Shown: positions 18,269 to 27,274, counted from the stretch's first letter. The stretch is 64,000 bases of DNA from Alphaproteobacteria bacterium (GCA_037146715.1 JBAWWO010000001.1:6433-70432), one strand, 5' to 3'. A program made the numbers and translations. The notes: generated by a model from the letters alone, not told the origin.

Positions 18269-19135
18269 CTATTTTATGGAGGTCAAGCTGTTGAAGGGAA
18301 GAAGTTCTGGCTTAGATGCGCGATATTTTTCGTATCTATCCACAAATTTCTCAAAGGCCTCTTTGTTCATTATATTTAGGCCATCTTTACGATCCCAGTT
18401 ACCCCATTGTACTGACCCTTTGTTGAAGTCATCAGTCCAAAAGAATTTAATCGTATCCGCGTATTTAAAATATACAGGCATTCTTTCATAAAAAGCCTTT
18501 GCTTTTTCCACGGCGTCTTCTGGGGTTGATTGGTAGAATGTTTTTTCCCTATTCGCTATATAGGCAATGCGATTTTCATCTGTAGTATCGCACAATAATA
18601 GCTCAATTCTATAGCTCTCAGTCTTAAGTTTCTCGTATAACTTCCCTATATGAGGGGATGTGGATGTTGTGCCATGGGCAATGTTGAGCTTGTGTTCAAA
18701 GGCCACATTTAAAATATTATTTGCAATGTAATTTGATCCTCCCCGCCATTTTTCATAAGCAACTTTTAAATATTCGGGGCTTTGGCTTTGGGCATGGGGA
18801 CCCGTTGCGGGAATATACGTATTGACCATATAGCGAAGACCATAGGCGTCAGGATCTGCGCGCACATAGTTATCATCGGATAGATAATTCTCAAGAATCG
18901 TTGATTTCATGGATCCCGGTCCCCCAGCAGTTGCTAGGTAAATAGGTTTGGGAGAGGCCTTTTTTCCCTCTAAGAAAATGCTAGAAATAATATGCTGATC
19001 TGCTTGAATCGCAGTCAATTCTTCGGGTGAATATTTAGCAATCCAACCGTCAGTGACCTCACTGGGGATTAGAGTGGCTGCTTGAGCGTTAAAGACACCT
19101 ATGGATAAAAGAAAAATTTTGAAAAACGATTTCAT
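18269..19135 (-). CDS. secreted zeta-toxin-like/AAA_33-like P-loop kinase-fold protein with degenerate Walker A
   Basis: Signal peptide MKSFFKIFLLSIGVFNAQA. PIYLATAGGPGSMKST resembles the zeta-toxin P-loop (GQPGAGKST), but the Gly preceding the Lys is replaced by Met. D-P-D..R and N.IA..IL motifs follow, as in the zeta/UNAG-kinase fold. A 7-nt gap to the gmhB-like gene suggests an operon. Confidence 0.45.
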   Translation of the reverse strand: MKSFFKIFLLSIGVFNAQAATLIPSEVTDGWIAKYSPEELTAIQADQHIISSIFLEGKKASPKPIYLATAGGPGSMKSTILENYLSDDNYVRADPDAYGLRYMVNTYIPATGPHAQSQSPEYLKVAYEKWRGGSNYIANNILNVAFEHKLNIAHGTTSTSPHIGKLYEKLKTESYRIELLLCDTTDENRIAYIANREKTFYQSTPEDAVEKAKAFYERMPVYFKYADTIKFFWTDDFNKGSVQWGNWDRKDGLNIMNKEAFEKFVDRYEKYRASKPELLPFNSLTSIK

Positions 19136-19280
19136 TTTAAGATTCCTTATAGAAAGTTATGACACAGAATGTACACAACGCTCCTGGATTGTTCAACCGT
19201 TTTAAAGTTAGTTTGTGTATTGTGTTGCGTTGTGTATAAAAACGAATACCCCCCTTTTGCCTTCCTCATCCCCCCTTGAA

Positions 19281-19293
19281 TTCCTCGGGCCCC
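19281..19293. repeat. half-copy of the palindromic element (TTCCTCGGGCCCC)
   Basis: Left arm only, followed by a T9 run. Confidence 0.4.
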
Positions 19294-19306
19294 TTTTTTT
19301 TTGCTT

Positions 19307-19327
19307 TCCTCGGGCTTGACCCGAGGA
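19307..19327. repeat. palindromic element variant B, identical to 773..793
   Basis: TCCTCGGGCTTGACCCGAGGA. Confidence 0.65.
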
Positions 19328-19381
19328 CCCACGCCTTACTTCTTTCGACATCCCAACCGGGGTGTGTTCCGCACCCTTAGA

Positions 19382-19403
19382 CCCTCGGGTAGAAGCCCGA
19401 GGG
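19382..19403. repeat. palindromic element variant C (CCCTCGGG-tagaa-GCCCGAGGG)
   Basis: 8-9 bp arms, same arm sequence as variant A. Confidence 0.6.
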
Positions 19404-19486
19404 AATCAGTAGGAGTAAGCCCCACCCCCGTCATCCAGAGGAAGCCGCAGGCTGACGAAGCAATCCAGATTCTTCTGAGTTTGGTT

Positions 19487-20509
19487 CTAGTTTGTGTCCC
19501 ACGGCATCCAAGGTTTTGGATCAACGGGGGTGCCCTGGCGACGCAATTCTACATACAGGAAATTTTTGTCTTTGGCATCGTTAATGACCCCCAAGGGTTC
19601 CCCTGCCTTGATCCATTCCCCTGTCATCACATCGATACGGTCAAGGCCCGTCAAAATGGTGTGATACACTTCATTATGGGCAATGATGATGATATCTTTG
19701 TACCGGCGGAAGGGGCCCGCGTAGACGATTTTTCCGGATAGGGGCGAAAATACAAACTCTTTGGATCGGGCCTGAAACAGCACTCCTTTTCCTTGAGGAT
19801 TCAGCAGATGATCTTCCCCAAAATAAGAAATAACTTTCCCTTGAACAGGCTTAACAGTATAGATTTTTTGCGTAGACATAAGTTCGTCGGGAGGCGTTGC
19901 CTCCTTTGAGGGGGGGGCCTCAACCTTATGAATCAATTCCTGCAAGTTGGCGGATTCCTTGGCCAAATTCTTTGCATGCTGCAACAGAATTTTTCGATTA
20001 ACATTTTTCTTGGCCTTTTTCTTATTCTCTTGAATTAATTTTTCTAATTGATCTTTCTTTCCCTTGTAAGTTTCTAACTTCTTTTTCAGCAGCTGTTTTT
20101 TTTCTTTTGTATCCACAGTTGTTTTTTCTATTTCTTTAAGCTCATAGGATATCTTTTTTAGTTGCTGCTGAAGGGCGTGAATATATTGTTTTAGTGCAAT
20201 GATTGACTGGATGGTTTCTTCTGGCTTTTTTAAATTTGCAACCATGCGGGAAGGTATGTTTTTCTGTAACTGATACAAGGCCACCATAAGACCACTGGAT
20301 TCTCGGTATTGTTTTTTCAGCAGCTGCTTTTTTTCTTTTTTAGAGTTCTGTAATTTTTCAAGTTCTGCCTCAACGCCCAGCAGGTCTGCCTCAGCGTGGC
20401 GGTATTCTTCGGCAATTTGGGCCAAGTTGACTTTTAGATTTGCCTTTGGTTTGGCGTGTAAGAAGCTGGCTGAGAAAATAAGACAGAAAAGAATCAAAAA
20501 GCGTATCAT
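19487..20509 (-). CDS. peptidase M23 family murein hydrolase activator (EnvC/NlpD-like)
   Basis: Signal peptide, a long coiled-coil K/E/Q-rich N-terminal half, and a C-terminal M23 domain (IVYAGPFRRYKDIIIIAHNEVYHTILTGL...GEPLGV). Confidence 0.8.
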   Translation of the reverse strand: MIRFLILFCLIFSASFLHAKPKANLKVNLAQIAEEYRHAEADLLGVEAELEKLQNSKKEKKQLLKKQYRESSGLMVALYQLQKNIPSRMVANLKKPEETIQSIIALKQYIHALQQQLKKISYELKEIEKTTVDTKEKKQLLKKKLETYKGKKDQLEKLIQENKKKAKKNVNRKILLQHAKNLAKESANLQELIHKVEAPPSKEATPPDELMSTQKIYTVKPVQGKVISYFGEDHLLNPQGKGVLFQARSKEFVFSPLSGKIVYAGPFRRYKDIIIIAHNEVYHTILTGLDRIDVMTGEWIKAGEPLGVINDAKDKNFLYVELRRQGTPVDPKPWMPWDTN

Positions 20510-22068
20510 TTGATCAGAGATTCTCCTGTCATCTCCTTGGGAACAGGAAGATTCAGTAACTTCAAAACCGTGGGGGCCACATCAGCCAACGTGCCTGATG
20601 ACCTAATGCTGTGAGGTACCCCAACCGCTATAAAAGGAACATGGTTTGTGGTGTGCGCCGTGTGGGGTTGATGGGTTTTCGTGTCCTCCATCATTTCCGC
20701 ATTGCCGTGGTCTGCGGTGACCAAAAGAACGCCCCCTGCTTTTAGGACGGCTTGTTCCAATTTGCCCAGGCAGGTGTCAACCACCTCAACAGCTTTGATA
20801 GTGGGCTCCAGTTTGCCCGTGTGCCCCACCATATCCGTATTGGCATAGTTCATAATGATCACGTCATAAGCTCCAGATTCAATAGCGTGGAGGACTTTGT
20901 CCGTTAGCTCAAAAGCCGACATGGCAGGGGACAAGTCATAGGTTGAAACCTTGGGGGAGGGCACCAGAATGCGGTCTTCGTGAGGGAAGGGGGTTTCTTT
21001 TCCCCCATTAAAGAAAAAGGTTACGTGGGCATACTTTTCCGTTTCTGCGATACGCAGTTGGGTCAGGTGAGCATCAGACAAAATTTCACCCAAAGTGTGG
21101 TGTGGAGATACATTGGGGAACAGTACATCCATCTGAGAATCTAAATCTTTTGCATAAGAAGTCATGGCCATTTTCATAGACCAAGCGGGCTTGTGCTTCC
21201 ACTGGAAATCTGAAAAATTCGGATCAACGAGAGAGCGTAAAATTTGCCGCACCCGGTCTGATCGGAAGTTAGTCATAAAAATGGCGTCGCCTTCCTGGGC
21301 GCCTTTATAGCTGGGGGACACAAGAGGAGGGATAAATTCATCCGTTAAGTTTTGGGCATAGCAGCGATTCAGAATTTCCGCGATTTTAGCGTCAGGTGTT
21401 TGGCTGTTCAGAGGGCAGGGCAGGGCGTCACCCTTAGCGAATACCAGGGCCTCAGCCGCTTTTTGGGTGCGATCCCATCGGTTGTCCCGATCCATGGCGT
21501 AATAGCGACCCATGATTGTTGAAATTTCCGCCTGGGGGCATTTTTTCAATAGATTAAGCAGTTCATTCAAATATTGAATAGAGCTTTGGGGTGGGGTATC
21601 TCGGCCATCCAAAAAGGCATGAATTTTAAGGGGAATGCCGTGGGAGGATAAAAACTCAACCAGGGCAAACAGATGCTTTTGGTGGGAATGAACGCCGCCG
21701 GGAGAAACCAGTCCCATCAGATGACAAGCCCCCTTCTTTTTTTTCAGGGTTTCCACTAGTTTCAACAACAGGGGCTTTTTAAACAGGTTGCCATCTGCAA
21801 TGCTTTTTGAAATGCGGGGAAGGTCTTGAAAAATGACCCGGCCCGTTCCGATGGTCATGTGCCCTACTTCAGAGTTTCCCATTTGCCCCGCGGGCAGGCC
21901 AACACTTTCCCCCGCTGCATCCAACAGGCACGGAGGCTGCTGAGCATTCCATTTGTCCCAAGTAGGCGTATTCGCCAAGGTAATGGCGTTGAAGGGGGAT
22001 TTGTGCGCGCAGCCCCAACCATCAAGGACGCATAAGACAATAGGTTTAGGGCACTGTGCTTTTTTCAT
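20506..22068 (-). CDS. gpmI: 2,3-bisphosphoglycerate-independent phosphoglycerate mutase
   Basis: LCVLDGWG, SEVGHMTIGTGR, GGVHSH, DGRDTPP, ADHGNAE motifs. 520 aa. 4-nt overlap with the M23 gene. Confidence 0.95.
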   Translation of the reverse strand: MKKAQCPKPIVLCVLDGWGCAHKSPFNAITLANTPTWDKWNAQQPPCLLDAAGESVGLPAGQMGNSEVGHMTIGTGRVIFQDLPRISKSIADGNLFKKPLLLKLVETLKKKKGACHLMGLVSPGGVHSHQKHLFALVEFLSSHGIPLKIHAFLDGRDTPPQSSIQYLNELLNLLKKCPQAEISTIMGRYYAMDRDNRWDRTQKAAEALVFAKGDALPCPLNSQTPDAKIAEILNRCYAQNLTDEFIPPLVSPSYKGAQEGDAIFMTNFRSDRVRQILRSLVDPNFSDFQWKHKPAWSMKMAMTSYAKDLDSQMDVLFPNVSPHHTLGEILSDAHLTQLRIAETEKYAHVTFFFNGGKETPFPHEDRILVPSPKVSTYDLSPAMSAFELTDKVLHAIESGAYDVIIMNYANTDMVGHTGKLEPTIKAVEVVDTCLGKLEQAVLKAGGVLLVTADHGNAEMMEDTKTHQPHTAHTTNHVPFIAVGVPHSIRSSGTLADVAPTVLKLLNLPVPKEMTGESLIK

Positions 22069-22113
22069 GATGCTGAGATAGATCTTATACCATTATTTGA
22101 AATATTGAAAAAA

Positions 22114-23265
22114 TTAATTTGGGTTCTTTTTGATATAAGACCGCAAATCTAAGGTCGCCAGAAATTTTTTTAAATCACGCATCTGGATACCATCGGGATG
22201 GTCAAATTCTCTTTTTAGATGAAGCACCAACTGTATGCACGGCACATCCTGTAGAAATTTTTTAAAATGGTTAAAACTTTTTGAGGGCACATCATCAGAT
22301 GTTTTAACCTCTATACATACAACAGGGACATCATCAATGGTGACCAAAAAATCAATTTCCACGCCATCTTTGGTCTTTAAATAATGTAGGTTTCCTTTGT
22401 GGCCATAGACGTCTTCAATCCAATGAATTTCTTTTAAAAGAGCACAAGCGACTAGATTTTCCAGGCGGGCGCCTTCATCCGGGACGCGACCTATATCATA
22501 AAAATAAAGCTTGGGTTCTTTTAACAAGGATCGGGCTACATTAGTGTGATAGGGGGTTACACTGAAAATTGCATAAATATTTTCTAAAAGAGTTAACCAG
22601 TTTTTCAACGTTTTGGGATCTATCTGTAAATCGTTACAGAGATTGGTATAGGAGAGGGGGCCTGAAACCCTTGATTTAAGCAATTCTAATAAGGTCTCAA
22701 CCAACTTGATAGAGCGCACAGAGTACAAGTCTAGAAAATCCTGCCGCAATATGATGTCTAAATGAGATTTTTGCCAGCGCCTGTAAAACTGAGTATCACC
22801 CTCTAAAAATGGTTCTGGAAATCCGCCACATTCCATAAGTCGCCTAAAGATATCATCAATATCTTTTTTCCAATACATAGCTCCTTCTTTTAAGTCAATT
22901 GGGTGCAGGCGGAAGCCAAAATATCGTCCTGCTAAAGAATCCCCCACCTTACGGAACGTGTCTAGATTAGCGCTGCCCGTGACGATAAGGCGGGGCCTAT
23001 TCCCTTCTGTATCATACACACCCTTCAGCCATCGTTTCCAATAGGGCATTTTGTGCAATTCGTCAAAAAGAACGCAGTCTACGTTTCTTTTCCAATGTTT
23101 CTTTTCAAGAGCTTCTCGGTCTTCTGAGGCATCGTAATTAAAATAATCATAGCTTGAGAAAAGGTGCCGTGTCAGCGTTGTTTTGCCAGCTTGTCTGGGA
23201 CCACTCAACAGAATGATTTTCTTGTCCGAATCTTTTATGAGCGTTGCAGATAAATATCGATCCAT
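22114..23265 (-). CDS. AAA+ ATPase, AAA_14 + DUF4143 family
   Basis: Walker A LSGPRQAGKTTL, Walker B VLFDELH, C-terminal DUF4143 region. Intact paralog of the pseudogene at 1743..2493. Confidence 0.8.
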   Translation of the reverse strand: MDRYLSATLIKDSDKKIILLSGPRQAGKTTLTRHLFSSYDYFNYDASEDREALEKKHWKRNVDCVLFDELHKMPYWKRWLKGVYDTEGNRPRLIVTGSANLDTFRKVGDSLAGRYFGFRLHPIDLKEGAMYWKKDIDDIFRRLMECGGFPEPFLEGDTQFYRRWQKSHLDIILRQDFLDLYSVRSIKLVETLLELLKSRVSGPLSYTNLCNDLQIDPKTLKNWLTLLENIYAIFSVTPYHTNVARSLLKEPKLYFYDIGRVPDEGARLENLVACALLKEIHWIEDVYGHKGNLHYLKTKDGVEIDFLVTIDDVPVVCIEVKTSDDVPSKSFNHFKKFLQDVPCIQLVLHLKREFDHPDGIQMRDLKKFLATLDLRSYIKKNPN

Positions 23266-23292
23266 TTGTTCCTCTCTATTACGACTAAAATA

Positions 23293-23336
23293 GGAGTCAA
23301 TTCCTAAAAAGTCAAGACTTTTCGGGAATTCACTCC
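23293..23336. promoter_or_regulatory. long imperfect hairpin in the divergent promoter/5'-leader region
   Basis: GGAGTCAATTCC ... GGAATTCACTCC arms (11/12) enclose a nested AAAAGTC-aag-GACTTTT palindrome. Lies 28 nt upstream of the ATPase ATG on the minus strand. Confidence 0.4.
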
Positions 23337-23393
23337 TGTTTGGTCGGAGGGCTTGAAATTTTATAACCGATTAACTATATCAAGTTTAAGGTT

Positions 23394-23409
23394 TGTGATA
23401 AGCATCACA
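23394..23409. promoter_or_regulatory. CRP/FNR-type palindrome TGTGA-N6-TCACA
   Basis: tTTGTGAtaagcaTCACAtt is an exact match to both CRP half-sites with 6-nt spacing. Centre lies about 24 nt upstream of the 23425 start codon. Confidence 0.4.
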
Positions 23410-23424
23410 TTAGGAGATAGATTA

Positions 23425-24990
23425 ATGAAATTAAAACTTTTAGCTTTTGTGTTTTTCCTTGCTATGCAAGGAGTTGCTGCAACTCAAGACCCAGACTTCA
23501 AAGAACTTCCTGTTGATAAGGTATTGTCCTTGAATGATCAGGAAGAATTATTTGTAAAAGCTTATGATGCTGTCGGGTCTGCAGAGATTCACCCTACTGA
23601 AACTATCATTCCCGGTCTTGCTCCTATGATTCGCATGCACTACAGCTATGTGGCAAAGCTGGTTGAACATAGTCCCAAACATTTAGAATTGTTAAAAGAT
23701 TTTTGGCAAAAGGTGTCAAAAGTTATTGAAAGCAATCAACTTACGATTGCCCGTATGCGCTCCATCACAATGCAGTTGGCTTTTCTTTTGACTGATATGC
23801 AAGGAACTCCTGTTGAAGAGTTAGCACACTGTAAGAACTTGTATGAAGATGGAAACTGGCAAGATCTTGATACATATAAGGATCCCTTTTCATATTGGCT
23901 TATAACTTCGTATCCTTTCGAAAACCACTTGAAAGCAAAAGATTTGTATCGTGAGGCCATCTTGTGCTGCAAGGGTGGAGGATTTTCTTTTGACCGTTTT
24001 GTCAGAAACTATTTGGATCGGCCCTTGCCTCTTAATTTAGGAGCTCTCTCTCTTAAATGCAAAGGAGCTCATGGAGGAAATGTCTGTGAATCCGGCGATT
24101 TTCTATGGCATGATTTTAACCATACAAATGAATTTGTATACACAATGCTTTGTGAAGAAATTCAAGCTCAAAAGAAACCCAATATTTTCCAAGATTATCC
24201 AATCTTGAAAGAAAAGGGATTTTGGAATATTGAGAAAGAACTTTTAGGGAAAATTTATCGTTCTGCCGCTCGTAAAGATCGTAATATGGCTGCTCTTTTC
24301 TTGATGCTGCATGAAAACCATCCTTCTCTTATAAACAGTTCTCAACCATGGCTTGGGGATGAGGCCCTTCCTTTGAGTGAGCGTCGGTTGTTTTGGGGGT
24401 TAGTGTCTAATATAACGACTGAAGAATATGCACTTTCCACCCTTGTTTATGGTTCTTTTTTTGGTGGGGTTAGTGGGTATCCTTTGCCTTTACAGTATTA
24501 TGCCCTTAGATCACAAATTCGAAACATTAAAAATATTGGAAGTGTTGAAACTATCGTTGCAGATATTCATTATCATGTATCGGATCTTACGTACAAAAAT
24601 ATTGGAACATTTTCGTTAGATCTGGTCTGCAAACCTGGGACGGAGGATTGGGCAGAGCACCAATTTGTTTCAAATGTTTCAAATATTACATGGAAACCTG
24701 ATTTTGATGTGCTAAGTCTTGAGGAGAAAAGCTTTATCAACCAGCATCTTCTGTCATCCTCTGCGGAAGAAAGGTATGGGCGTAAACGTTCTATTGAGTA
24801 TAGGCAGTTTGCTCAGGATTATGAAGAGATTCTGCGAAGTGTCTATGGGGCTGAATTTTTGCCATCAGAAACACAAGCATCTTTGGGTGAGAGGGTAATG
24901 GCAATTGAAAGCGGCATGAAGCGATTTTGGGAAGAATTTTATATGGAAAATAGAGAATTGTTTTCAGATAAACTTTTTGAAGTTGCATAA
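23425..24990 (+). CDS. hypothetical secreted protein (522 aa)
   Basis: GGAG RBS and signal peptide MKLKLLAFVFFLAMQGVAA. No recognisable domain. Cys-containing (CCKGGG, CKGAHGGNVC). Confidence 0.55.
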   Translation: MKLKLLAFVFFLAMQGVAATQDPDFKELPVDKVLSLNDQEELFVKAYDAVGSAEIHPTETIIPGLAPMIRMHYSYVAKLVEHSPKHLELLKDFWQKVSKVIESNQLTIARMRSITMQLAFLLTDMQGTPVEELAHCKNLYEDGNWQDLDTYKDPFSYWLITSYPFENHLKAKDLYREAILCCKGGGFSFDRFVRNYLDRPLPLNLGALSLKCKGAHGGNVCESGDFLWHDFNHTNEFVYTMLCEEIQAQKKPNIFQDYPILKEKGFWNIEKELLGKIYRSAARKDRNMAALFLMLHENHPSLINSSQPWLGDEALPLSERRLFWGLVSNITTEEYALSTLVYGSFFGGVSGYPLPLQYYALRSQIRNIKNIGSVETIVADIHYHVSDLTYKNIGTFSLDLVCKPGTEDWAEHQFVSNVSNITWKPDFDVLSLEEKSFINQHLLSSSAEERYGRKRSIEYRQFAQDYEEILRSVYGAEFLPSETQASLGERVMAIESGMKRFWEEFYMENRELFSDKLFEVA

Positions 24991-25126
24991 TAGAGTGATC
25001 CTTATAAAAGGAATCCATTCCCGTTTGGTCGGATTGTTGCAGGATCTTTATCTTTCTATTCTTTTTTCAAAAAATAATAAAAAACTACTTGGCGCGGAAA
25101 AACAAACAGGTTATACAGGTGGGAGT

Positions 25127-25202
25127 GCCGGATTAGCTCAGCTGGTAGAGCTACTGATTTGTAATCAGAGGGTCGGCGGTTCGAGTCCGTCATCCGGCAC
25201 CA
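25127..25202 (+). tRNA. tRNA-Thr (anticodon UGU)
   Basis: 76 nt cloverleaf: acceptor GCCGGAT/ATCCGGC, D-arm GCTCAGCTGGTAGAGC, anticodon loop TTTGTAA, T-arm GGCGGTTCGAGTCCGTC, encoded CCA. Confidence 0.9.
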
Positions 25203-25263
25203 TTTCCAGCAACCTCTTCAGGGAATTTCAAATAATTAATAAAATTAAAAGGAAACCTATCAT

Positions 25264-25602
25264 ATGATGCCCAACTGCCCTCAATGCAAATCAACATACA
25301 CCTATGAAGATCGAGACATGTATTGCTGCCCAGAATGTGCTCACGAATGGTCGAAAGACAGTGCTGGTGAAGAAAGCAAAGATCTTATCGTTCGCGATGC
25401 CAACGGCGTAGAACTTAAGGATGGAGACACTGTTACAGTCATTAAAGATCTAAAAATAAAAGGATCCTCTTCTGTTGTTAAAGTTGGTACCAAGGTCAAA
25501 AATATTCGCCTGGTGGACGGCGATCATGATATTGACTGCAAAATCCCCGGCATTGGGGAGATGGGGCTAAAATCGGAATTTGTGAAAAAAGTTATAGATT
25601 AG
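25264..25602 (+). CDS. PhnA/YjdC-family zinc-ribbon protein
   Basis: [23 protein letters not shown]...[22 protein letters not shown]...[19 protein letters not shown] matches PhnA-like proteins closely. Confidence 0.85.
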   Translation: MMPNCPQCKSTYTYEDRDMYCCPECAHEWSKDSAGEESKDLIVRDANGVELKDGDTVTVIKDLKIKGSSSVVKVGTKVKNIRLVDGDHDIDCKIPGIGEMGLKSEFVKKVID

Positions 25603-25642
25603 ATAAGTTCAGATGAAGGGAGAATGGATCCTTCATCAGTCT

Positions 25643-27274
25643 TTATCGCATCCCCTCAGCTTCAGCTAATACATCTTTGACGGATTTAAAAATCTTTGCA
25701 GATTCAACCATATGCAGCACGCCCGCGCGAGTGAGTTTATGGTGAACATTCGGGGTGGCCTCACACAGAAAAACTTTAATGTTCCGGCCCGTATAATGGG
25801 CAATAACTTTTGAAAAAGTTTCAACGCCCGTTATATCGATAAAGGGAATTTTTTTCAGACAAAAAACCACATACTTTGGGTCCGTATGGGTGATGGAAAG
25901 GGCATGCTCCATAGCCTCGGCCACGCCAAAGAAAAAGGGGCCATCGATAGTATATAGAATGCCGTTTTCCAAGGGCTTTTGTGTGACTTTCTGAAAATTT
26001 TTTGTTTTCAGGTTTTTGAAAAATTCTTGACGCAAATCAGTGGTTTGATACAAGCGCACACAAAAAAACAACAGGGCGCCAATGACCCCCACAGAGACAG
26101 CCACTACAAGATCCACAAAAATTGTCAGCAAGAAAGTAATCACCAGAACACACACGTCGTACCAGGGAGCATGGCGAATGATATGGGTGAAGTGGGGAAT
26201 GTCACTCATGTTAAAGGCAACCACGAAAAGAATCGCTGCCAGGGCGCAAAAGGGAATGTGAACAGCATAGGGGGCAAGCAAGACAAGAACTAAGATTAAA
26301 AACAAGGCATTAACGATGGCGGCGAGTGGTGTGCTGCCCCCATGACGGATGCTGGTGATGGTGCGGGCGATGGCCCCCGTTGAGGCGAACCCTCCCCAGA
26401 AGGGAGCCAGCATATTGGCGATCCCCTGGCCAATCAGCTCTTTATTGGGTTTATGTTTGGTTCCCATGATGGAATCTGCAGCGGCTGCTGAAAGCAAAGA
26501 TTCAATGGCCCCCAATAAAGCAATAGTCAGAGCAGGTCCCAAAAGAGTTGTAAAATCTGCTGCATGAAAGGAAGGAAACTTAAAAGCAGGCCAAGAGGAC
26601 GGAATAGATCCAAAAACAGATCCAATGGTGGGGATGTTTGAAAGATCACACCCATAGGTGATAAGCGTTGCAACAAGCATGGCAATCAGGGGGCCTGGCA
26701 GGCTTTTAATGACTTTTGGCGTAAAAATAATAAGCCCTAGGCTTAAACATGATAGAGAGGTGGTTTGATAATTTACTTCAGGGAATGCCCTTAACAGCAT
26801 GATAAGCCGCTCGTAAAAGGGCATGTGGATGGGCAGGGTTAAAGGTAGCCCAAAAAAATCTTTCCATTGTCCCACAAAAATGATGACGCCAATGCCGCTG
26901 GTGAAGCCCACAATGACAGGATAGGGAATAAATTTAATAGCCTGCCCAATTCTAAAAATCCCCATCAGGATGAGGATAAGTCCTGCAAGCAAGGTAGCGA
27001 TTTGAAGTCCTGCAATGCCGTACTGGGCTGTGATACTGGCCAGAATAACCACGAAAGCGCCCGTGGGGCCGGAAATTTGTGTGTGCGTGCCACCCAGCAG
27101 CCCCACCACAAGGCCTGCGATGATGGCAGTGTAAATGCCTTGCTCGGGTTTCACGCCTGAGGCAATCGCAAAGGCCATGGACAGGGGCAGGGATACAATC
27201 CCAACCACAAGCCCGGCCACAACATTTGATTTCCAGTGATGGAATAGGGCAAGAAGAATTTTTTTAAGGGACAT
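25643..27274 (-). CDS. SulP family anion transporter with C-terminal STAS domain
   Basis: 543 aa, about 11 TM segments, GIANMLAPFWGGFASTGAIARTI motif. The C-terminal approx. 120 aa are soluble and STAS-like. Confidence 0.88.
   Translation of the reverse strand: MSLKKILLALFHHWKSNVVAGLVVGIVSLPLSMAFAIASGVKPEQGIYTAIIAGLVVGLLGGTHTQISGPTGAFVVILASITAQYGIAGLQIATLLAGLILILMGIFRIGQAIKFIPYPVIVGFTSGIGVIIFVGQWKDFFGLPLTLPIHMPFYERLIMLLRAFPEVNYQTTSLSCLSLGLIIFTPKVIKSLPGPLIAMLVATLITYGCDLSNIPTIGSVFGSIPSSWPAFKFPSFHAADFTTLLGPALTIALLGAIESLLSAAAADSIMGTKHKPNKELIGQGIANMLAPFWGGFASTGAIARTITSIRHGGSTPLAAIVNALFLILVLVLLAPYAVHIPFCALAAILFVVAFNMSDIPHFTHIIRHAPWYDVCVLVITFLLTIFVDLVVAVSVGVIGALLFFCVRLYQTTDLRQEFFKNLKTKNFQKVTQKPLENGILYTIDGPFFFGVAEAMEHALSITHTDPKYVVFCLKKIPFIDITGVETFSKVIAHYTGRNIKVFLCEATPNVHHKLTRAGVLHMVESAKIFKSVKDVLAEAEGMR

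Noticed and set aside
24977-25267. 96-aa ORF on the plus strand
   Set aside because: It is entirely explained by tRNA-Thr (25127..25202) and flanking intergenic sequence. No RBS, and it reads through the tRNA.
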